This document shows, one piece after another, positions 44,786 through 64,000 of a stretch of 64,000 bases of DNA. The DNA is from the human T2T-CHM13v2.0 reference genome, Homo sapiens. The DNA lies in assembly GCF_009914755.1 (NCBI RefSeq), contig NC_060948.1; one strand, given 5' to 3'. The stretch's first letter is position 1. Every line of letters begins with the position of its first letter. The notes beneath the pieces were generated by a model, which worked only from the letters and a program-made list of their open reading frames with translations, was not told where the DNA came from and searched no databases. The position numbers were made by a program, and so were the translations under genes.

Positions 44786-45355
44786 AGATCCATATTTTTT
44801 AAATGAAAAAAAATTTCAAAGGTACTCTGCTTGGTACAATAATCAAATGTATAAACTGAGGAATAAAACATAACCATGAAACCTACTTATAACTGCATAT
44901 GGAAAATACAGAGGATAATTTTTTAAATAACATATTGTTAAAGCCTTAACTAGTAATTTGAAGAGTTGGCATTTGAAAGGCCAGTATGAATATACCTTCA
45001 CAGCAGCAACACAGGTTCCCCATGAGAAAAAGCAAACTCAGGGAAAATAAAACCACAAAGGTTCAATCTCTTCTGACCTTTGAAAGACACAGCACAGACA
45101 GTGGTCCTTAGGACGAAGAGCAGGAGACCCCTAATTCCGTCACCATGGCGATAGGGCATAAACATTGCTGGGTAAAGGCACAATCCACATTGTGAGGTCC
45201 AACTGCTGCCAGGAAGACAGGAGTGCTTTTAAATAGACCGAAAGGTCATTGAAGGCTCAGAGTTTTGTTTCAAGAACTGAATCCCAAGCCCACACGTTAT
45301 TAGGCTGCGCTTCTTAAAATAAGTTATGAGATGGGAAAAAGGGCACCCACAAACA
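44786..45355. repeat. HSATI-type complex segment of DYZ2 unit 1
   Basis: ~570 bp mixed-composition segment next to the Alu 5' end, near-identical in every unit. Name inferred from known DYZ2 architecture; boundaries approximate. Confidence 0.8.
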
Positions 45356-47203
<1,848 letters not shown>

Positions 47204-47773
47204 AGATCCATATTTTTTAAATGAAAAAAAATTTCAAAGGTACTCTGCTTGGTACAATAATCAAATGTATAAACTGAGGAATAAAACATAACCATGAAAC
47301 CTACTTATAACTGCATATGGAAAATACAGAGGATAATTTTTTAAATAACATATTTTGAAAGCCTTAACTAGTAATTTGAAGAGTTGGCATTTGAAAGGCC
47401 AGTATGAATATACCTTCAAAGCAGCAACACAGGTTCCCCATGAGAAAAAGCAAACTCAGGGAAAATAAAACCACAAAGGTTCAATCTCTTCTGACCTTTG
47501 AAAGACACAGCACAGACAGTGGTCCTTAGGACGAAGAGCAGGAGACCCCTAATTCCGTCACCATGGCGATAGGGCATAAACATTGCTGGGTGAGGGCACA
47601 ATCCACATTGTGAGGTCCAACTGCTGCCAGGAAGACAGGAATGCTTTTACATAGACCGAAAGGTCATTGAAGGCTCAGAGTTTTGTTTCAAGAACTGAAT
47701 CCCAAGCCCACACGTTATTAGGCTGCGCTTCTTAAAACAGGTTATGAGATGGGAAAAAGGGCACCCAAAAACA
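47204..47773. repeat. HSATI-type segment of DYZ2 unit 2
   Basis: Near-identical copy of 44786-45355. Confidence 0.8.
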
Positions 47774-49622
<1,849 letters not shown>

Positions 49623-50192
49623 AGATCCATATTTTTTAAATGAAAAAAAATTTCAAAGGTACTCTGCTTGGTACAATAATCAAATGTATAAACTGAGGAA
49701 TAAAACATAACCATGAAACCTACTTATAACTGCATATGGAAAATACAGAGGATAATTTTTTAAATAACATATTTTGAAAGCCTTAACTAGTAATTTGAAG
49801 AGTTGGCATTTGAAAGGCCAGTATGAATATACCTTCAAAGCAGCAACACAGGTTCCCCATGAGAAAAAGCAAACGCAGGGAAAATAAAACCACAAAGGTT
49901 CAATCTCTTCTGACCTTTGAAAGACACAGCACAGACAGTGGTCCTTAGGACGAAGAGCAGGAGACCCCTAATTCCGTCACCATGGCGATAGGGCATAAAC
50001 ATTGCTGGGTGAGGGCACAATCCACATTGTGAGGTCCAACTGCTGCCAGGAAGACAGGAGTGCTTTTACATAGACCGAAAGGTCATTGAAGGCTCAGAGT
50101 TTTGTTTCAAGAACTGAATCCCAAGCCCACACGTTATTAGGCTGCGCTTCTTAAAACAAGTTATGAGATGGGAAAAAGGGCACCCACAAACA
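49623..50192. repeat. HSATI-type segment of DYZ2 unit 3
   Basis: Near-identical copy of the segment. Confidence 0.8.
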
Positions 50193-52039
<1,847 letters not shown>

Positions 52040-52609
52040 AGATCCATATTTTTTAAATGAAAAAAAATTTCAAAGGTACTCTGCTTGGTACAATAATCAA
52101 ATGTATAAACTGAGGAATAAAACATAACCATGAAACCTACTTATAACTGCATATGGAAAATACAGAGGATAATTTTTTAAATAACATATTTTGAAAGCCT
52201 TAACTAGTAATTTGAAGAGTTGGCATTTGAAAGGCCAGTATGAATATACCTTCAAAGCAGCAACACAGGTTCCCCATGAGAAAAAGCAAACTCAGGGAAA
52301 ATAAAACCACAAAGGTTCAATCTTTTCTGACTTTTGAAAGACACAGCACAGACAGTGGTCCTTAGGACGAAGAGCAGGAGACCCCTAATTCCGTCACCAT
52401 GGCGATAGGGCATAAACATTGCTGGGTGAGGGCACAATCCACATTGTGAGGTCCAACTGCTGCCAGGAAGACAGGAGTGCTTTTACATAGACCGAAAGGT
52501 CATTGAGGGCTCAGAGTTTTGTTTCAAGAACTGAATCCCAAGCCCACACGTTATTAGGCTGCGCTTCTTAAAACAAGTTATGAGATGGGAAAAAGGGCAC
52601 CCACAAACA
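52040..52609. repeat. HSATI-type segment of DYZ2 unit 4
   Basis: Near-identical copy of the segment. Confidence 0.8.
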
Positions 52610-54457
<1,848 letters not shown>

Positions 54458-55027
54458 AGATCCATATTTTTTAAATGAAAAAAAATTTCAAAGCTACTCT
54501 GCTTGGTACAATAATCAAATGTATAAACTGAGGAATAAAACATAACCATGAAACCTACTTATAACTGCATATGGAAAATACAGAGGATAATTTTTTAAAT
54601 AACATATTTTGAAAGCCTTAACTAGTAATTTGAAGAGTTGGCATTTGAAAGGCCAGTATGAATATACCTTCAAAGCAGCAACACAGGTTCCCCATGAGAA
54701 AAAGCAAAGTCAGGGAAAATAAAACCACAAAGGTTCAATCTCTTCTGACCTTTGAAAGACACAGCACAGACAGTGGTCCTTAGGACGAAGAGCAGGAGAC
54801 CCCTAATTCCGTCACCATGGCGATAGGGCATAAACATTGCTGGGTGAGGGCACAATCCACATTGTGAGGTCCAACTGCTGCCAGGAAGACAGGAGTGCTT
54901 TTACATAGACCGAAAGGTCATTGAAGGCTCAGAGTTTTGTTTCAAGAACTGAATCCCAAGCCCACACGTTATTAGGCTGCGCTTCTTAAAACAAGTTATG
55001 AGATGGGAAAAAGGGCACCCACAGACA
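54458..55027. repeat. HSATI-type segment of DYZ2 unit 5
   Basis: Near-identical copy of the segment. Confidence 0.8.
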
Positions 55028-56582
55028 TACGTATACATTATGTATATAATAATATACAGTATCATATATATAATATATATAACCTATGTATAATATTGTT
55101 TTACCTCCTGCATCTTATATTATATATATTGTATAAAATATAATAATTGATAAAATATAAGTTTATATTTATACAATATGACATATAGTATATATTATAA
55201 TTTATGACATATATAATATATGTTATATATCATATATAGAATATATTATACGGTTAATATACGTATTAAATATAAATTATACATTATATATATTATATAA
55301 AATATATCTGTTATATATAATAACCATTATGCATAATATATATATTATGTCTATGTTATATATAGTATAAAACAACATATAATAATATATAATTGTATAT
55401 ATAAAATGCGACATATAATATATATTATATTTTATGACATATGTAATATATATTATATATTATATATAATACGTTGTATGTATAATACCTATATTAAATA
55501 TATATTATATGACTATGTTATTAATTACATGTCACATATGTTATATATTATATATTTTACATAGAATATACCGGTTACATACAATATATACTATGTTACC
55601 TATAATGTATAATTGATTACATGTAAAATAAAGAATGCAATATATTATGTATAATTTATAATATACAATATGTGGAATGTGATATATATAACATATAATA
55701 TATGATATATGATATACAGTATATGATATATAACATACAATATATGATACCTGATATATATGGTATACAATATATATTTTATGATATGTATTCTCTATGT
55801 TTTATATTCTGTTATATATAACTATTTGAAATTATATATAACTGTATAATATTTTATGTAAATATGTAATATAATATATATAACTATATAATATTTTATA
55901 TATAACTATATATTATGTTATATATACTTTTATAACATAATTTACATAAAATATCATAATATAATATATATTATATTATTTCATATTACATAATATACAT
56001 TCCATATGACCCAATATAAGTAACATACATAATATTATAATATAGATTATATTATGTTATATTAAATTTCATATATATCATGTATCATATATTCCATAAT
56101 ATATATTATACATTATATAATATGTATGTTGTCTATTATGTGATATATATAACTATATATATAATTATATTATTATACATATAACTAGATAAACATGTAA
56201 TTCTACATATTTAGATTTATAATATATAGAATTATATAATCATATTTAATTATTTAAATTCTATAAAAAATTATATCATTATATAAATTATAATATATAA
56301 AAATTATAATATGTACTACAAATATATATTACATATCATATATGATATAGTACCTTTGTTATATATCATAATACATATAAATGTGTATTATGTTATCGAT
56401 AATTATATAATTTCATATATAAGATATATAATATGTATTATATATTATATATGTTATGTAATATATATAGTATATATAAGATGACACAGGATAAATATTA
56501 TATACTATGACATATAAAATATATGAGGTTATATGTTACATATAAGGCATAGCACATAACATGTAATATATATCATATATAA
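55028..56582. repeat. DYZ2 AT-rich block
   Basis: Copy of the AT-rich block. Confidence 0.9.
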
Positions 56583-56874
<292 letters not shown>

Positions 56875-57444
56875 AGATCCATATTTTTTAAATGAAAAAA
56901 AATTTCAAAGGTACTCTGCTTGGTACAATAATCAAATGTATAAACTGAGGAATAAAACATAACCATGAAACCTACTTATAACTGCATATGGAAAATACAG
57001 AGGATAATTTTTTAAATAACATACTTTGAAAGCCTTAACTAGTAATTTGAAGGGTTGGCATTTGAAAGGCCAGTATGAATATACCTTCAAAGCAGCAACA
57101 CAGGTTCCCCATGAGAAAAAGCAAACTCAGGGAAAATAAAACCACAAAGGTTCAATCTCTTCTGACCTTTGAAAGACACAGCACAGACAGTGGTCCTTAG
57201 GACGAAGAGCAGGAGACCCCTAATTCCGTCACCATGGCGATAGGGCATAAACATTGCTTGGTGAGGGCACAATCCACATTGTGAGGTCCAACTGCTGCCA
57301 GGAAGACAGGAGTGCTTTTACATAGACCGAAAGGTCATTGAAGGCTCAGAGTTTTGTTTCAAGAACTGAATCCCAAGCCCACACGTTATTAGGCTGCGCT
57401 TCTTAAAACAAGTTATGAGATGGGAAAAAGGGCACCCACAGACA
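56875..57444. repeat. HSATI-type segment of DYZ2 unit 6
   Basis: Near-identical copy of the segment. Confidence 0.8.
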
Positions 57445-59002
57445 TACGTATACATTATGTATATAATAATATACAGTATCATATATATAATATATATAAC
57501 CTATGTATAATATTGTTTTACATCCTGCATCTTATATTATATATATTGTATAAAATATAATAATTGATAATATATAAGTTTTATATTTATACAATATGAC
57601 ATATAGTATATATTATAATTTATGACATATATAATGTATGTTATATATCATATATAGAATATATTATACGGTTAATATACGTATTAAATATGAATTATAC
57701 ATTATATATATTATATATAATATATCTGTTATATATAATACCCATTATGCATAATATATATATTATGTCGATGTTATATATAGTATAAAACAACATATAA
57801 TAATATATAATTGTGTATATAATATGCGACATATAATATATATTATATTTTATGACATATGTAATATATATTATATATTATATATAATACGTTGTATGTA
57901 TAATACCTATAATAAATATATATTATATGACTATGTTATTAATTACATGTCACATGTGTTATATATTATATATTTTACATAGAATATACCGGTTACATAC
58001 AATATATACTATGTTACCTATAATGTAAAATTTATTACATGTGAAATAAAGAATGCAATATATTATGTATAATTTATAATACACAATATGTGGAATGTGA
58101 TATATATAACATATAATATATGATATATGATATACAGTATATGATATATAACATACAATATATGATACCTAATATATATGGTATACAATATATATTTTAT
58201 GATATGTATTCCATATGTTTTATATTTTGTTATATATAACTATTTGAAATTATATATAACTGTATAATATTTTATGTAAATATGTAATATAATATATATA
58301 ACTATATAATATATTATATATAACTATATATTATGTTATATATACTTTTATAACATAATTTACATAAAATATCATAATATAATATATATTATATTATTTC
58401 ATATTACATAATATATATTACATATCACCCAATATAAGTAACATACATAATATTATAATATAGATTATATTATGTTATATTAAATATCATATATATCATG
58501 TATCATATAATCTATCATATATATTATACATTATATAATATGTATGTTGTCTATTATGTGATATATATAACTATATATATAATTATATTATTATACATAT
58601 AACTAGATAAACATGTAATTCTACATATTTTCATTTATAATATATAGAATTATATAATCATATATAATTATTTATATTCTATAAAAAATTATATCATTAT
58701 ATAAATTATAATATGTAAAAATTATAATATGTACTACAAATATATATATTATATATCATATATGATATGGTACCTTTGTTATATATCATAATACATATAA
58801 ATGTGTATTATGTTATCTATAATTATATAATTTCATGTATAAGATGTATAATATTTATTATATATTGTATATGTTATGTAATATATATAGTATATATAAG
58901 ATGACACAGGATAAATATTATATACTATGACATATAAAATATATGAGGTTATATGTTACATATAAGGCATAGCACATAACATGTAATATATATCAGATAT
59001 AA
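57445..59002. repeat. DYZ2 AT-rich block
   Basis: Copy of the AT-rich block. Confidence 0.9.
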
Positions 59003-59294
59003 TTTTTTTTTAGACAGAGTCTTGTCGTGTTGCACAGGGTGGGGTACAATGGCGCCATCTTTGCTCACTGCAACATCTGCCTCACTGGTCCAAGCGATTG
59101 TCCTCCCTCAGCCTCCCAGGTAGCTGGGACTACACCACACTGGGACTACACCAGCTGCCACCATGCCTAGCTAATTTTTTGGATTTTTAGTAGTGACAGC
59201 GTTTCACTGTATTGGCCAGGATGGTCTTGATCTCTTCACCTTGTGATCCCCTTGCCTTGGCCTCCAAATTTGCTGGGATTACAGGCCTGAGCCA
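59003..59294 (-). mobile_element. Alu SINE in DYZ2 unit 7
   Basis: Same reverse-complement Alu. Confidence 0.95.
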
Positions 59295-59864
59295 AGATCC
59301 ATATTTTTTAAATGAAAAAAAATTTCAAAGGTACTCTGCTTGGTACAATAATCAAATGTATAAACTGAGGAATAAAACATAACCATGAAACCTACTTATA
59401 ACTGCATATGGAAAATACAGAGGATAATTTTTTAAATAACATATTTTGAAAGCCTTAACTAGTAATTTGAAGAGTTGGCATTTGAAAGGCCAGTATGAAT
59501 ATACCTTCAAAGCAGCAACACAGGTTCCCCATGAGAAAAAGCAAACTCAGGGAAAATAAAACCACAAAGGTTCAATCTCTTCTGACCTTTGAAAGACACA
59601 GCACAGACAGTGGTCCTTAGGACGAAGAGCAGGAGACCCCTAATTCCGTCACCATGGCGATAGGGCATAAACACTGCTGGGTGAGGGCACAATCCACATT
59701 GTGAGGTCCAACTGCTGCCAGGAAGACAGGAGTGCTTTTACATAGACGAAAAGGTCATTGAAGGCTCAGAGTTTTGTTTCAAGAACTGAATCCCAAGCCC
59801 ACACGTTATTAGGCTGCGCTTCTTAAAACAAGTTATGAGATGGGAAAAACGGCACCCACAGACA
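59295..59864. repeat. HSATI-type segment of DYZ2 unit 7
   Basis: Near-identical copy of the segment. Confidence 0.8.
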
Positions 59865-61422
59865 TACGTATACATTATGTATATAATAATATACAGTATC
59901 ATATATATAATATATATAACCTATGTATAATATTGTTTTACATCCTGCATCTTATACTATATATATTGTATAAAATATAATAATTGATAATATATAAATT
60001 TTATATTTATACAATGTGACATATAGTATATATTATAATTTATGACATATATAATATATGTTATATATCATATATAGAATATATTATACGGTTAATATAC
60101 GTATTAAATATAAATTATACATTATATATATTATATATAATATATCTGTTATATATAATACCCATTATGCATAATATATATATTATGTCTATGTTATATA
60201 TAGTATAAAACAACATATAATAATATATAATTGTATATATAAAATGCAACATATAATATATATTATATTTTATGACATATGTAATATATATTATATATTA
60301 TATATAATACGTTGTATGTATAATACCTATAATAAATATATATTATAAGACTATGTTATTAATTACATGTCACATGTGTTATATATTATATATTTTACAT
60401 AGAATATACCGGTTACATACAATATATACTATGTTACCTATAATGTATAATTGATTACATGTAAAATAAAGAATGCAATATATTATGTATAATTTATAAT
60501 ATACAATATGTGGAATGTGATATATATAACATATAATATATGATATATGATATACAGTATATGATATATAACATAAAATATATGATACCTAATATATATG
60601 GTATACAATATATATTTTATGATATGTATTCTATATGTTTTATATTCTGTTATATATAACTATTTGAAATTATATATAACTGTATAATATTTTATGTAAA
60701 TATGTAATATAATATAAATAACTATATAATATATTATATATAAATACATATTATGTTATATATACTTTTATAACATAATTTACATAAAATATCATAATAT
60801 AATATATATTATATTATTTCTTATTACATAATATATATTACATATCACCCAATATAAGTAACATACATAATATTATAATATAGATTATATTATGTTATAT
60901 TAAATATCATATATATCATGTATCATATAATCTATAATACATATTATACATTATATAATATGTATGTTGTCTATTATGTGATATATATAACTATATATAT
61001 AATTATATTATTATACATATAACTAGATAAACATGTAATTCTACATATTTTCATTTATAATGTATAGAATTATATAATCATATGTAATTATTTATATTCT
61101 ATAAAAAATTATATCATTATATAAATTATAATATATAAAAATTATAATATGTACTACAAATATATATATTATATATCATATATGATATAGTACCTTTGTT
61201 ATATATCATAATACATATAAATGTTTATTATGTTATCTATAATTATATAATTTCATATATAAGATGTATAATATTTATTATATATTATATATGTTATGTA
61301 ATATATATACTATATATTAGATGACACAGGATAAATATTATATACTATGACATATAAAATATATGAGGTTATATGTTACATATAAGGCATAGCACATAAC
61401 ATGTAATATATATCATCTATAA
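59865..61422. repeat. DYZ2 AT-rich block
   Basis: Copy of the AT-rich block. Confidence 0.9.
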
Positions 61423-61714
<292 letters not shown>

Positions 61715-62284
61715 AGATCCATATTTTTTAAATGAAAAAAAATTTCAAAGGTACTCTGCTTGGTACAATAATCAAATGTATAAACTGAGGAATAAAACAT
61801 AACCATGAAACCTACTTATAACTGCATATGGAAAATACAGAGGATAATTTTTTAAATAACATATTTTGAAAGCCTTAACTAGTAATTTGAAGAGTTGGCA
61901 TTTGAAAGGCCAGTATGAATATACCTTCAAAGCAGCAACACAGGTTCCCCATGAGAAAAAGCAAACTCAGGGAAAATAAAACCACAAAGGTTCAATCTCT
62001 TCTGACCTTTGAAAGACACAGCACAGACAGTGGTCCTTAGGACGAAGAGCAGGAGACCCCTAATTCCGTCACCATGGCGATAGGGCATAAACATTGCTGG
62101 GTGAGGGCACATTCCACATTGTGAGGTCCAACTGCTGCCAGGAAGACAGGAGTGCTTTTACATAGACCGAAAGGTCATTGAAGGCTCAGAGTTTTGTTTC
62201 AAGAACTGAATCCCAAGCCCACACGTTATTAGGCTGCGCTTCTTAAAACAAGTTATGAGATGGGAAAAAGGGCACCCACAAACA
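61715..62284. repeat. HSATI-type segment of DYZ2 unit 8
   Basis: Near-identical copy of the segment. Confidence 0.8.

Positions 62285-64000
<1,716 letters not shown>

Noticed and set aside
49680-49895. 71-aa ORF unique to DYZ2 unit 3
   Set aside because: Created by a single SNV removing a stop codon (AAACGCAGG versus AAACTCAGG); a chance ORF.

Overview
This window is entirely satellite DNA with no credible protein-coding or RNA genes. It matches human Y-chromosome Yq12 heterochromatin and spans one boundary between its two alternating satellites. Positions 1-43743 are a DYZ1 (HSat3, diverged GGAAT/CATTC) array of about 12.3 monomers of 3534-3583 bp. Positions 43744-64000 are a DYZ2 (HSat1B) array with a 2417-2420 bp period; each unit is a ~1.55 kb AT-rich block, a minus-strand 5'-truncated Alu and a ~570 bp HSATI-type segment. 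The supplied ORFs are translation artefacts of the repeats. I found no new gene-based system. The notable signals are structural: (1) a ~10.7 kb three-monomer duplication in DYZ1 with mosaic tracts; (2) two adjacent near-identical monomer pairs; (3) a sharp DYZ1/DYZ2 junction with ATC microhomology; (4) a ~768 bp internal deletion in the first DYZ2 unit; (5) extra private variants at both array edges; (6) a variant-set switch along DYZ2; (7) splice-site-like and TSD-like features on the amplified Alu. Family assignments come from recognising motifs, periods and architecture by eye, not from a database search.
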